64,000 nt of DNA. It comes from Lingula anatina. Lineage: Eukaryota > Animalia > Brachiopoda. The translations under genes and the position numbers were made by a program. Positions within the stretch are counted from its first letter, which is position 1. Every line of letters starts with the position of its first letter. Below the pieces are notes generated by a model. The model was given only the letters and a program-made list of their open reading frames with translations. It was not told the origin of the DNA and made no database searches. Below, piece after piece: positions 1-13,920 of this stretch. The stretch lies in contig CM120649.1 of NCBI GenBank assembly GCA_051362555.1, forward strand, positions 17,808,567 to 17,872,566. The letters are read 5' to 3'.

Positions 1-797
1 CCCCCCCCCTTATAGGGCGAACAGTGCTATTTTAGAACTATTATTCAAAATTCTAATTTTAACATTGGTGTGATTTTTTTTTTACAGAATTCAAAAGGGG
101 GGTCAAGACCCCCCTCACACGCCTCCCCCCCCATCCACCACTGCATGTTATTCATTCGAAATCGATTAATAAAGTGTAATTAATCTGATTAATTTCAATT
201 ATTAGATTATCTATGATCTTATATGAATATTTCAGCTGCAAAAGAGTGAGGGGCTACTAATTACTATTATCAAGTATACTCGGTTATATAACAGGTACAT
301 GTGTAGGCCTACAGTATATGATAATACGGATTGTTTTGCCCATTTATAAATAATACAAGCCATTGTCGACACCCTGAAACATGTTATCTGTATTAAACAT
401 TCATTTCAAAATAATCATGTGAAAATGCTTGAAGTTGTAAATAATAAATAACGCACGTTTATTTACATACATGTAGTGCATAAATCTGTTCCTTCCAACG
501 CTGTTTCAACTGTTCTCATATTCATAATACATGTATAATTCCTTAAAACGACACACACAAGAAAACACGTAAACATAATATATTTTAATTGTGACTTGCT
601 CTTAAGTACATGTATGTTTATCCCTATTTTCTTCATTTCTTCTATTTCCTTGAGCTTAAAAGGGTCATACGTCTACGTCATCATTTTGTGAATGGGAATA
701 CAGCGCACTAAGTAGTATGAAAAATAACTAGTTTTCACACGAAGCCCTCTATTGGCAAAATCCCCTAGCCCATCTTAGAATATTACTTCCGAATTAA

Positions 798-1171
798 TAC
801 GGCAGTGAACGGGGTTAAAATATGAATTCGGAGTGAGGTTTACGAATTCGGAGTGAGCTTTTTCAATTCGGAGTGAGGTTTACGAATTCGGAGTGAGGTT
901 TACGAATTCGGAGTGAGCTTTTTCAATTCGGAGTGGGGTTTACGAATTCGGAGTGAGGTTTGCGAATTCGGAGTGAGCTTTTTCAATTTGGAGTGAGGTT
1001 TACGAATTCGGAGTGGGGTTTACGAATTCGGAGTGAGGTTTGCGAATTCGGAGTGAGCTTTTTCAATTTGGAGTGAGGTTTAAGAATTGAGAGTGAAGTT
1101 TAAGTATTCGGTGTGAGGTTTAGAATTGGGAGTGTCGTTTGGAATTTGGAGTGCACTTGTGGGCCACCGTA
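798..1171. repeat. 20-bp minisatellite array (about 16 units, 823-1152) bounded by short inverted ends TACGG...CCGTA; probable non-autonomous DNA element
   Basis: Units gaattcggagtgaggtttac and variant caattcggagtgagcttttt stay in exact 20-bp phase and degenerate to the right; tacgg at 798 and ccgta at 1167-1171 are inverted. Confidence 0.8.
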
Positions 1172-1906
1172 CACCAGGTTCTCTTTTCTTTTCAAATTAC
1201 GCACGCTACATGTATCATTCATTTTACGAACAGAAAAAGCAAACTGTACTTAGTAAGCTAAGAGTAAGAAGGTATAATTTTATGTTAGAATGCTGCCCTC
1301 ATTTCAGTCGGGATTCAGCGTTGAAACTACTTAGTTGTAAAAGGATTAACGGGGAATCTTTTCAGTGTCGATGCAAACAGAGGTCAATTCTTTCCTTGAA
1401 AGTCTTTTAACTGAGAAAACCGCACGAGTCCCTGAGTGTCATGTGTAATTCAGCCGTACATGCTGAAAAAAAAAAATAAATTTAAAATATATAAAAAAAT
1501 AATGGGGTCAGCTTTGGCCATGGGTGAATTACTGTGGCCGTTTGAAAAGGAGAAATAAATTAACTTTAATCTTTAACTTTTGACCAAAAATCTGATCTAT
1601 TTTAGTTCAAGGCTAACCTGTAATAATCTTTGAGACTTTTGTCGCCCAACAGTTTGTTCATGAACGCGTTACTGCTTGTCGGAAAGTATTGAATACGTCA
1701 TTCTTCAGTGCTCCTCATGCCGCGCAAATGACGTCATCAATGTTTCCTTCTGGATCAGTTTCGTTACACGAGTGGACGTTGGTTTGGGCATACATATATA
1801 TGTACATGTACAAGCATGTTATGGCAAGGAGTAGTTTGGTTTTAAATGATTACAGCACGTTTAAAAGAACGAATAGAGTGTAGAAATTGGCTCGAAAATT
1901 CATAGT

Positions 1907-4896
1907 ATGGATGAGTGGTGGAAACGTTTGCAGGACTTCCGTGTGTCGGAGAAGGTTGGGTTTTTGGTAGAAAATCCATTGGTAAGTTAGATATTGGCTA
2001 TATGTTATTAAAATCCATTGCTAGTAAGGCTATGTTGTCCTTGTTATATCAGGATAGCAGGCCTTTTGATTTTAATGATAAGTCCCCAAGGATCGCTTTT
2101 TTTTTAATTGCCATGTTTTTTTTAAAAAGACTACATCTTAATTATAATGTTTTATACTGGGTACAAGTACGACACGCGCAAAAAAATTATCTGTGATATT
2201 TTCAGTACGTTATTTGTTTAGGGGTAATCCATTTTTATCATTTTCACAAGTCTACAAAGAGTAAACTTTTTACAGACCCCTTCCACGCCCTTCAGAGCGT
2301 ACAAGGCGTACACTAAATATGATAACCCTGGCCAGCACACCCACTGGATGCCAAGATCATCATTTTTATTATTTTCCATAAGTGAACAGCGGGTATTACC
2401 CCCCCTCCCCACCCCGGGGTATGGTTTGTAGACTTATGGAGTATGGTTTGTTGACTTGTGGAAATAATGATAAAAGTGGATGACCCTTAACTGCTAGTAT
2501 ATGCACCTTTTACTGTAACAATTTAGACATTCATCTCGGAAAAAATTGACAAAGGCAACACACAATGTAAACAATACTACTGATGTTTTCCTTTAACAAA
2601 CAATTTAAGAAACATCACATTATATGTGGTTGTACGACGACTTATTTCTGGTTAATACCTTGAATGCTTAACTTTCGTGTTAACAGTGCACGCATGTTAT
2701 TCTTCACTATTTAAGAATCATTAAAATTCTCATCAAATTCAGTATGGCCCAATATTAATAGAAAAAATCAGAGAGGGGAGTGGTTAAAACAGATAAAATG
2801 TATAGATAGTCTGTCGTGATACTTATACGTGTACGTATGACTATAGTCCACAGGAAGTGTCTAACCTAACCGTGTTTCTTTGCTCCTTTTGCATGTCTTT
2901 ATGACTTAGCGTTTGGTGTCCACAATGATACAACTGTGTAATAAGGAAAGTTGACATTTTTATCAATTTAATTACGTGTGGCAAATATTTTGAGCGTGTA
3001 TATAACCATGACAGAATCTGTTCCAGTTCGAAACCAGTCTTAATGGTGTCTTTGCATTGTTAACAGCATTATGGACAAGTTAATTGACCAAGTTAATTGG
3101 CCAAGCTGCCAGTTTGTTTGTACGGCATGTGCAATTATGTAAGGGATGTCTTAGACTAAGCTGCCAGTTTGTTGGTATGGCATGTGTAGAGAATTTTTCA
3201 GATCAAGGCACATATTGTGATACTAACAATTGTGGTAAAAGAGATATAGTTGTATTTCATCACCTGTGATTTGTAAAATTCATCCGAGGATGATACTTTT
3301 TAAGAAACTTAATGTTGAAAGAATAGGCATGTAGATTGATTTAGTAACATTTTCTTAAGAAATGTTAAATTAAAGGCGGGCTGCCATTTGTTAGTGTGTT
3401 ATTTCAATTATCTTGGTTTTGTACAGATTATTCATGTAGGAAAAAATCTGTCTATTAATATTTTGTTGACCTCTTTGGAAATATCTGCATTTTTTAAAGG
3501 ATTTATTCACACTTTGTAAATTATCCTGAAGAAAATGCAGATTGGGACTGAGCCTGTGATATACATTTTACTTATAAAACATTTGTTCACAGTCTGACCG
3601 TTACATGTACTCAGTTTGCCTGAGGTTATTTTATATTGCTGATGTTGCACTGTGTACATATGTGTATTTCTTACACAATTCCCAATTATAACAACTGAAA
3701 TGGAATTGTGATTAAAGATAAAAAAACCTATCATAACTTAATTTATCATACAGGTGCTTACCATAAGAACAAAAATCCTAAAACAAAATTTAAGGAGAGC
3801 CGACATTGAAGGTGGCAAGCGAGAAGCTCCCTTGCTATGTAATAAAAAGGATATCCGAATTGGGAGCATACATCCTCCAGGTGGATGCACCCTTAAAGGT
3901 TCTGTCAACGGGTCTAATTTGAAAATTTATGTCACAAATGAATAGATAGAATAAATTTTCACTTAAATGAAAATAAATGTATGCAATCTTCTCATGTGTT
4001 ATTCTTCATAATGATGTTTTTTCATTCAGTTTGTCAATATCAAAATAATAAAAGGTAGCGACACAGGTTATTTTAATACACAGATATTATTATTTATTAT
4101 ATGTAACTTTCAAATAAATGTGACAGAAAAAATCAGAGCGGACATATCAGGAAAAAACAGCCCAGCAGGCATAGTGGCATTGGATCAATGTTGAAAACAG
4201 GTTGGATCGTTGATCATTCTAAATTCAACATCAACTCAATGTTGATCCAGCCACATCAAAACGCCGTCATAATGTGACGTTGATTCAACGTTGTATTTTG
4301 GGCGTCGTGATGCTAGACATGGATTGTAATTTAAAATATTATTGAGTCGATGTAGATTCAGTATTTTTAATTATTAAAAACGTGATACGATGTTTATATA
4401 AGGCCTATATATGACATAATGTATTAAAATGAATTTATGGCAGCTGCATGGTATATATGTATGTTGCCATGGGTAATAATTAGTTCTAGCTTATAAACAT
4501 CAAAAACAGTGGCGTAAAATCCACTTCAGGCTTGTTTTAAATTAAAATATTAATTTACAACAGTCTTGCGCGGTGCGAATTGTAGAATCTTCGGGCTATC
4601 GTAACCGCAATAACCAGCATATGATGAAAGCTTAAATAAACTATTGTAGTGAATACCCCGCCATCATCCATGATGTTCAATTGATCATTGCGTCCGGAAA
4701 AAAATCAAACAGAAATCAAAAGTGTAGCGAACTTTAGATCGAAATATGAAAAACGTTGCTTGTTTTTCAGATATACATTCTAATAAATTTCCTCGCAAGG
4801 TCAGCTAACACAAGGATGATTAAATCCAGCTAAAATGTGTAGTGAAGTTAATGATGTTAATAGTTCACGGTATCCTTTGATAGATAGATAGACATT

Positions 4897-4971
<75 letters not shown>

Positions 4972-5825
4972 CGTTGAAAAAATGAGACAAACAGGCGCTT
5001 TGAAATGTGTTTAGGAGCTAAACCCTGTTTTACAGTGTACGTTATAATTGTGTACCTGTGTTTTTAATTGAATAATTATATTTAAAAAAAACATTTCAGG
5101 TCGTTTTTATGTCTTTTCATGCAAGAATGTTGTCTAACAACTTGGGTTGATAAAACGTTGTTATCTGACGTTGATACAACGTCGTAATTTGACGATGATC
5201 CAATTTTCAAATCCATTGTTAATCCAACGTCTTGTCAACGTTGAAACAACATGATTTGCCCGCTGGGAGGACCTATCCGGACTTGCACTTGCATTCCTTG
5301 CCATGGGACTTGCATTCCTCAATAACTGTTGTCCCACGGAAGTAAAATCCTAGTAACGTTTGTCCTAGGCATCCATTCCTAGAAACGCTAGACCTAGGGC
5401 TTGCATGTCTGGTGGGACTTGTGTTACTAGGACTGCCATTCCTTTCACACCGGCCTAGTAAACAAGGCTACTTGTCGTTTCACCTAGATGCACATGTGCC
5501 GGTAGTTTGATGTAAAAACTAATGCACGTGGACAACACAGTAAAATTATGCCTAAATAAACGAAAACCAAACATTGGTCTCTGTAACGCGTCTGTGACAA
5601 GCATTGTGAGAGTATAAATTAAAGGAAATGTCAGTGGAAATTTCAAAAAGAGAAGTGTTAAAATGGCGATCAAGGCTTTGGCAAGAGGAATATTAATTAA
5701 CAAATAGCGCTTCCTACCTTTCTGTTTCAGGACCACCTGTCGGAATATTTCCTTCCTTGGGAACAGCTCGGGAAGAAGGCTGCCAAGTTGGATGCGGGAG
5801 AACTGAAAGACCAAGTTAAAAAGGT

Positions 5826-5869
<44 letters not shown>

Positions 5870-7534
5870 TGCCATAAAACCAATCATTGAAATGCTTTTG
5901 GAGAGGTAACACTATATCATCCATGACCCAGTTATTCAGTTTGGTTTCTGTACTAATCTCGTTTGGAAGTGTAACTGTATAAACTCACACCTGTAATTCC
6001 CATTTTTCCAGTCATGACTCTAAGCTTAGGTTTTCTAAGTTCAAACTCGCCGTTTTATTTCAGTTACCATGTCTGGACTACACTCGTCTAAGGAGTTATG
6101 AAGAGTACTGTTTAGCCCACAGCCTGTTGTCTACAATTGCACACTGTTATGTTTGGCAGGACAGAGATAAGGGCGTGGTACCTGAGGTATGATTATATTA
6201 AACATTGGATTATCTTGAACCATCGTATGAATAATTATATTATATTATATTATATTATATTATATTATATTATATTATATTGCAGGTTCTTCCAAGGGCT
6301 GTTGCTGTTCCTTGGTATCACGTGTCCCAGTACCTAGGACTTAACCCTGTCTACTGCTACATGGCAGGTATGCTGGCTAACTGGAGGAAGGAATCGGAAG
6401 ACAGCTGGTTTGTCTCTTGCTTAACAATAATCTTCACCATCATCAATTTTTATTGATTACGTCTTCTGTGGGTATGCGTTAGTGCCAAAGTGAACTTTAT
6501 TTGATAAACACATATTTCAAGCGTAGGCTCCGTAAACTATAATTGCTGTTTGTGATCACGAGCCTCAGATTTGTGAACTCGAACGCCCAAATTAACGGCT
6601 TGACGTGGCGCTGGTTAGTCCTAATTTTGTACAGTTCTTAGACCTAACCAAAGCCGTCGTCTTCGAGCTAAAGACACACACATTTAATGTTGCCTGTTTT
6701 TGTGACTTCGAGTTTCGATACAAGTGATATTGGACACATTGCTCTATGATTCGTAACAAATCTGTGAGCGTAAACAGCTTACGATGAAGCAGTTTACGAT
6801 GATATGATTCTACCTTTTATGAATGTACATAATATATTTATAGCGTTGCTAAGCTCAATATTTTAATCTTTAATATATCATTTCAGCGACATTGACATCA
6901 TTTGCGGCGCGCCCGGGACTCCCCACACCGACTGGTTTTTCAAAGTTTCAATTCAAATCGAAATTGACTTTGGCAAGGGAGTCAAGGTATTAACGTTTGT
7001 GGTAGTGTCCCCGTTTTCTTGCCTAGTCACTTCGGGTAAAATAAAATGATCCCCAAAATTATATAATTAAATTTAACTTGACAAAATGGACCATCCGTAA
7101 ATGATATAAATTTTCTCACACATGCCTATCTTAATTGAATAACTTTATTTCTTCCTCCGTCACTCACGCTGAAGAACTGAAGCACGTATGCGTGCGCAAA
7201 GATACAAAACTTGTCTCGCAGACTGAAGACCGCTACTGAGATTAGAGTTCACCAGTTGCGTTGAATGGGAAGGATAGATAGAAATGTCCATACATGTATA
7301 TGTAAACAAGGCCTTGTCTAAAGACGAGAATACAAACGGCGTGACTTGGGACCATGTCACTAATAACTGACAACAGATGGCTAGAATTTTTCTTAAATTT
7401 CAGGATATAATTAAAACATATCAGTCGTTGGCGACAGGTGATGACAACGGTTTGATAGAAGGTTTGCAAGGGATAGCAGACACCATTCAGAGGATGCAAC
7501 AAACACTGTCCAGAATGCACGGTATGGATGTGTG

Positions 7535-7593
<59 letters not shown>

Positions 7594-9709
7594 ACAGACA
7601 CACACAGACACTGTTAACAAATGCATGTAGTGATAAGTAATTTACCGTTACTATTTGACGATTCAAATATTTAAAACTTAAAAAAACGTTACTCTTTCAA
7701 AGAATTAAAGGTATTTTTAATTGTTTTATAATATTGTATCAAAAATAGTGAGCTTAAATTCACATCAAGATGATTCTTCTGATATAGGCCTTTACAAGAA
7801 CATGAAGCGATGCACATTTAGAGGTTAAAAGAAAATTGTTTAAATGGAGCTTTGCAACTGATGGATCAGAGACCTAGAAATAAAGATGTGATGGCTTATT
7901 TGTATTTCAGCAATTGCAAATTAGTTTGTGTTCATTTTTGCTTTGTGTTTGTTTTGTCACTATGTGGATTAAAAAATTGTAGGGACTTTAGTGTTTATAG
8001 GTTTATTTCTATTTCAGTACAAATAAGTGTTACTTTACGCTACGTGGCCACTTTATATCAAGTGAATATAGTGAGCGGCAGTAAAACGCAGGCATAACAT
8101 ACATAATTGTATCTGACCCATTAAAACCCCTAAATTGTACAAGAATTAAAATAAATATATAGTTATGATACACCTTAATTGCTAGTATTTTCTTTTCTTT
8201 TTTTTTTTTTACAGAAAAACAAGACCCTTGGCCTTTTTATAATAAACTCCGACCGTTTTTCGAAGGGTAAGTCTTGAATGTTTGGTAACATAAAAACATT
8301 TTTTGAGATAAATACATAAATCTTATCATAAAATTGAACAAAAATATATCAACGAGTTTTTCTTAAATTTTTTTATTTATCTATTTTGCTAATCCGTGCG
8401 TCTTTGGCGAAGTATAATGGAGTTGTGAAGTAAAATGTTTAATTTTTTCTTCTCTGATAAAAAAAACTTCATATTGACCCACGTGTACACTGTATAATAC
8501 AATTTTGCAGCTGGGGAGCACAAAGCAAATTTCTCCCGGAAGGACTGATATACGAAGGTGTCTGCGATTCACCGTTACAAGTAAGTAGCGCATGCGTAAT
8601 GGATTTACACCAACCAGCACACCAGCGACCCCTGGCGGATTTGTCTCCCGATTAACTTTGTTGATGCAAGTCACCTATTGAACATAAAATGTTCCTTTTT
8701 TTGTTTTTTTATCTGTTAACCATCATTAACTACTGAAAGACGCACAGTGCAGGTTGTATGTCGTAGAAAAATCTATATCCCCTTTTGAAATGCTGTCTTC
8801 TACCAGTAGGATACAGCAGTGTTATGTCAATTGTATGTAAACAGAAAGGTGCGTAGTGAATATATGTGAATATCTAGTGAAAAACATCAAATTGCGGCCC
8901 AAGTATAATGAACAACACGTGAGGAAGATCCAAAATGTTATATTGTCTGTGAAATATACATTTACTTTGTTACAAGCCAACTACATGTACTCGAGTTAAA
9001 GTCATCACAAATGTTTTTTTTTTTCTGTTTTGCTGACACGGGATCCTAATCTACGTATTAAATAATTATTATCATTTTTAAAGTACTTGGGAGGGAGCGC
9101 CGCCCAGAGTTCAACCATCCAGACCTTTGATGCCATACTTGGGGTCAAACATACGGCAGGTAATGGACTCGGACTATACACTCGGACTATACAGTATCTG
9201 CTAATGAGCACGTGCGAATAAAATTATGAAAAACAAACTTTATAACGTCCACTTAAGGTTAAGATTTTTTTTTTTTTTTTTGAAAATTTTAAATTTTGGT
9301 TATAGTTACTGTATGTGCATGACTATACGAAATACGCAGATAAGGGAGGGCAATAAACGATACAAAAAACTTATCGATAAAATGAGGGCAGCATTTTTTT
9401 GTTTGAATTGATATGAATAAATTTGCTTGCCAACTGGCATTATTTGGTAAAGAGGGAGAGAGTATAAATCTGCAGTTTTGAAATTTGTAACCCTTTAATG
9501 ACTTTTTCAATCTAGAAGCAGTTCCATATCTCAGAAAAGTAAGGGAATATATGCCTGCAGGTCACAGAGAGTTTCTGAACGCCATAGAAAACGGACCTTC
9601 TCTCAGACATCACGGTAGGTGATATCAAACTTTAATGACTTATTCAAACATACATTTAGCCCAGCGACGTAAACATTCCTGGCGCTTTGAACTGACGTGG
9701 TTGTAACGT

Positions 9710-9755
<46 letters not shown>

Positions 9756-10747
9756 AGTGAAGGGGGTTATCTGCATTTCTGCATTAGCCCCACCTACCTC
9801 TTACATGATAAACCAAACATTTTGATTTTTTTCTTTTCTTTTTTTTTCTAGTGAAGCTTTTACACAATGATGGTGTACGAAAAGCGTACAACAAATGCAT
9901 CCAAGCACTCACTGATTTTCGATCATATCACTTTGCGATAATTGTGAAGTAAGTGACTGGATTTCTATAATGATCAGATTCTTAAACATACCATTTCCAC
10001 GTGTTTTAAAGTAGAAGTAAGTAAGTCAGTGTAAGTCCTTGTAAATCAATTTATTGCTCCAACAATCATGAATATAGATCTGTTATCCATGAACATAGGT
10101 CACATTGGAATATGAGAAATAAAGGTCACTATTGAAATACAAGAAATATTGGAAACATCAAAAACAGTGGATTATAAAATCAAACGAAAGATGTATAACA
10201 TTTGCTTCCATTTGCAGATATATTTTAGTGCAGTCGTACAAGAAAAATGGAGAATCTCGTTATGGCTCGGAGGCCCAAGGGGCAGGCGGAACATGTGAGT
10301 AAATCCATGATACTGGAAACTAACTACTAACAATACTCCTGTCCAGCTATTAAATTATATTAATTAAATCGCACTTAAAGGTGAGGAAATTATCATCAAT
10401 TTATTCCTTATTCGAGGCAGAACACTGATGGTGAAATTCCACCATGTTCTCTCTCATTTGCTTGATAATCGTTTATTTTAATTAAATTTGGTACATATGA
10501 TCTTAGTTAAATATAGTAACATAGTTATTTGGAACTGAACTTATTTTCAGATTTGGTCGCCTTCTTGAAATCAACTCGCGACCAGACAGCCAGGTGTATC
10601 CTTGGCGACAGCGAGACAGATCACGTGACAAAGCAAGCAGACGACACTGTTTTAGTAGGCTTGAAAATGGAAGAGAGACCTAGCTCGCCTCTTCTACACC
10701 CAGGGACGACTCGTATAATCAAAGCAATAGCAGATCCAGAGGTTTAA
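1907..10747 (+). CDS. IDO: Indoleamine 2,3-dioxygenase family heme protein (IDO / IDO-like), 13 coding exons, 432 aa
   Basis: Exons 1907-1981, 5731-5823, 6064-6186, 6286-6407, 6887-6986, 7404-7521, 8215-8266, 8511-8580, 9084-9159, 9516-9614, 9852-9948, 10218-10294, 10551-10747. All introns are GT-AG with compatible phases (1299 nt). IDO motifs: VSEKVGFL, AHCYVW, VLPRAVAVPW, LANW, WFFKVS, FYNKLRPF, GLIYEGV, GGSAAQSS, REYMPAGHREFL, FRSYH (proximal heme His), GAGGT, FLKSTRD. Confidence 0.95.
2221..2487. mobile_element. MITE with about 40-bp imperfect TIRs, PIF/Harbinger-like
   Basis: ggggtaatccatttttatcattttcacaagtctacaaa is inverted against tttgttgacttgtggaaataatgataaaagtggatgaccct; TTA/TAA flanks. 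A related single end occurs near 55399-55445. Confidence 0.7.
4161..5267. mobile_element. Non-autonomous CMC/EnSpm-like DNA transposon in IDO intron 1
   Basis: Termini cccagcaggca ... tgcccgctggg, 2-bp TSD AG on both sides, subterminal caacgttg/acgttga motifs at both ends, internal (TA)n at about 4899-4967. Confidence 0.8.
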
Positions 10748-11535
10748 AAAGGATATAAAAAAAGAGACAGTTAGTGCTATCTGTGATAACCAGTAAGAGG
10801 CAGCTATTGTATTTTATTCAAGGCATCAAAAGTTGATAAACTGCGTAAAAAATAAGGTCAATATAGTAATTTACTTTTAAAGTCTATTTTCATTGTACCC
10901 GAAACCTTTAGCAGGGCAGTTGAAAAGAAGAAACAAATACCAGTAACTTTATAATTATTAAGCATATTATTCAGGGATAAGTGTAAAAAGTTTATTATCT
11001 TGAACATATTCTTTGAACACAATTTGTTTCTTTTAAAGGAACTTTAGACAAAATGCAATAACCCGATATAAACGGTACCATTAACACAGAGATGAACAGA
11101 GTTGTTGCTTTTTTTAATTAATTATTTCAAATCTTTAATCTTTAACTACAGTATCTCTCTTTCTCTCTTTCTCTCTCTCTCTCTCATGTCACAATCACAT
11201 CCATGGGCAAATAAGCCCAGTAGGGCTGACAGATCTTGGAACAAATTTTCGCATGTGCATAGTTTGCACAAATAATCAGTACTACTAATAAACGTCCACG
11301 ATAGTGTTAATTGATAGTCAATAAAATTATTTCATCCACTCAACAATTATTATCTTATAATGTAAGATAACACCCTTTACCATTCGTTATTAATTGAAAG
11401 TGCTCTAAATTTGTATACACCGCTCACATTAGAGTCCGCGCACTCTTAATAAACGAAATGCTATACACTGGGATATATATTATATATAAGGCATATTGAT
11501 AAAGATAATAGATGAAGTTTTTATCCAGCGTATAA

Positions 11536-13173
11536 TTAGTGTACCCAAAGTTCGCGCACATAACCATTACTCTGGGTGAAGAAAGCCTTTGGGCAGGTAC
11601 CGCTCAGGAACAGTTCCGGTGCCCCTACGTAGTAACAACACGAGCCAATGGTGCCATGGTAACGCCACTGGCCGTTATTGGTGTTTTTCACCTTTAAGCT
11701 GTATATGCGACTGCTCTTGTTGTAGCCAGGGTCCCAGCTGTTGATGAAAATCATTCGCGTTGAGGAGGGGGTATCAGAGATCTGAGCGCATTGGTCCACC
11801 GGGAACGCTCCAGAGATGGTGGTCGACGGTGTGGAGAGAGACCCTGGGGGTTTCCCGTGACAGTACCAGTTGGAAGATCTGTACTCGCATATATCATTGT
11901 CGAAGGTGGTGACGAATACCCCAGCGGGTCCGACAGAGACCCCATGTACGTATTCCCCGGTGGGTTTACCCCTGTAATACCAGGTTGCCACCCCCGGGTT
12001 GGCTGAGGTGATGTACAGGGAGTACAGGTATCTGTTGGCTCCCACGACGAAAACCTGGGTTGAGCACGTGGCCAGGTTGCACGTGGCGATGGCGGCGGGA
12101 CCAATCTGAAACATAATCAATATTTTTTTTCATACATGTATTTCTGAACATGACGAGTCACCGCAACCATTGCTTGCAGTTGCATTGTGTTTTTGTATTG
12201 TTTAACAAACGTGGGCTCAGATTGACTTATTGAATTGTATCTTGTGACATATTGTCCATTTCACAGGGACTTTATCTAGATCTGATACTGGAAGTCTCCT
12301 TACGGGTTCCACTGAATTACTGGGCTATCCTCGCCTGGTCCCAAGTTGTAACCATCAGCTAGCCTTAGAGGGTATCACAAAATTCAATAGCATGTAAACA
12401 CGTAAAACGATGGGACTTTGCATATAGAGACCCTCCTTTTACTATGGAATCTACCCTGATGAGAGGGGCACTGTCCTCTAAATTTAATCTAACGTCAATA
12501 ATAATAATAATAATAATAGTTATAACACGATAACATATAAACGATACGATAATATACACATTTATCAGAAAAGATTCATATCATATCCTTTCTGTTAAAC
12601 ATTACAGCAAGTACTGACATGAACATGCAGCATTGTCTCACTTACCGACGTCCCCGGTGGTGTCCCGTGGTCTCGCCACTCCCAGGCGTTTGAAGACCAG
12701 GACCAATAATGTTCGTAAAGCCTGCTATTGGTGCCCACGGCAAACACACGTGCAACGCCCCCTCCCCCCGAGGTACAGGCACACCCTGAGTACCGCAACG
12801 TCACCCAACCGAATGGTTTGCCGTGAATCGCCCAGAGCCAGGTGCTGGAACCAGTGGACCAGTAGCGCTCGAAAAGCCGTCCTTTGTTGCTGATGATGTA
12901 GACCCTTCCATCTTTCATGACACACGGGGGACCGGCCAAATATTCATTGGACAATAACCCCCAGGGGGCGCCATGGCTAGCCCATATCCAGCTGGAGCGT
13001 TCTTGAAGTTTGCCGTTGCCGACCCCGAAGACTTTATCGCTCCATCCTGATTTCATGTAGGCCATTTCGGTGTAGACGGGAGGCTTGCCGTGATTGGCCC
13101 ATGACCACGTGTCCAGAGCGAGGCACGCGCCACAGAGGAAAAGTGCCAGAATTGGAACGGCTTTAAGCAGCAT
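11536..13173 (-). CDS. Secreted Trp-rich beta-propeller lectin-like protein (fucose-lectin/PLL/tectonin-like fold), 365 aa, 2 coding exons
   Basis: Exons 13173-12646 and 12105-11536 join in phase 0 (PPGTS|IGPAA; gtaagt donor, tttcag acceptor). Signal peptide MLLKAVPILALFLCGACLA. Seven repeats ending W-x-W-x-x-H-G-x-P, most preceded by VF/VY...(G/S)RL(F/Y)E strands. Confidence 0.85.
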
Positions 13174-13460
13174 TCTCAACCACTTGTCAAATGTATGAGG
13201 AGCCAGTCGGTGTCCTGAAAGATTATACAAATCAACACCTTGGTGTTAATTAAGAATAAAAAGCCATGGAGCCTGTTTGACAAAAGAAATTAAGCCGAGC
13301 TTGGTTTTAAAGAAATTACCGATAAATCCGTGTGTTTGAACCCATTAAAAACTATGATCATCCGTAAGTTGTGTTGATTGGGCATTTGTCACTACAAATA
13401 AGAAATAACATATATATCATATCAACAGTTGCTGTTTTTTTACCTTTGTTTTTATAATTT

Positions 13461-13920
13461 TGTTATAGTGAGGAATGACGACAGCAGTTTGGAGCTTTCG
13501 AACGTTTATTCACCGACTCTCTTTTTCACAGAATGTACAAGTTTTTATACACTATTTTCCATTCTCAAATTTCCCATTCTCATATTACAAAACTCTATTC
13601 AATATTTCCTAATTTAGTAATTTAAGTGAAACTTGTTTATGATTTAAAATATTTAAAATATTTTCCGAATTACTCATCTTGGATCCTGTCCAATTCAAGT
13701 ATACATGAGTTCTACACGTGTTAAACACGCGCAAATCGATAGAAAAATTAACCAACTATTTTGGACTCTGAAACGTTCCACCCTTTCCATCTTCGAGAAC
13801 AGTCTCTACACTCGTTGACACTTTAAGAAATTTACTTTGTACTCGATAACTTTCTACACATTTGATTCTGTTTTAATTGTTTTGTAATTGCCGAAAGTGT
13901 ATGTCATTTGCTTTACAACA
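13461..13920 (-). repeat. 3' LTR (460 bp)
   Basis: By eye identical to 20048-20517 except two substitutions and a 10-bp deletion; minus-strand TATAAAA and AATAAA (13510-13505). Confidence 0.97.

Noticed and set aside
823-1152. Regular short repeats resembling a CRISPR array
   Set aside because: Units are head-to-tail with no unique spacers, there are no cas genes, and the context is eukaryotic.
5270-5455. Degenerate cctag/gcattcct repeats ending tttcacaccgg, like a transposon end
   Set aside because: No matching opposite terminus or TSD was found, so no element could be delimited.
5455-7626. ORFs rich in SLSLSL, ERERER, VCVCVC or YYIIL
   Set aside because: Translations of (GA)n, (CA)n and (TATAT)n microsatellites in IDO introns.
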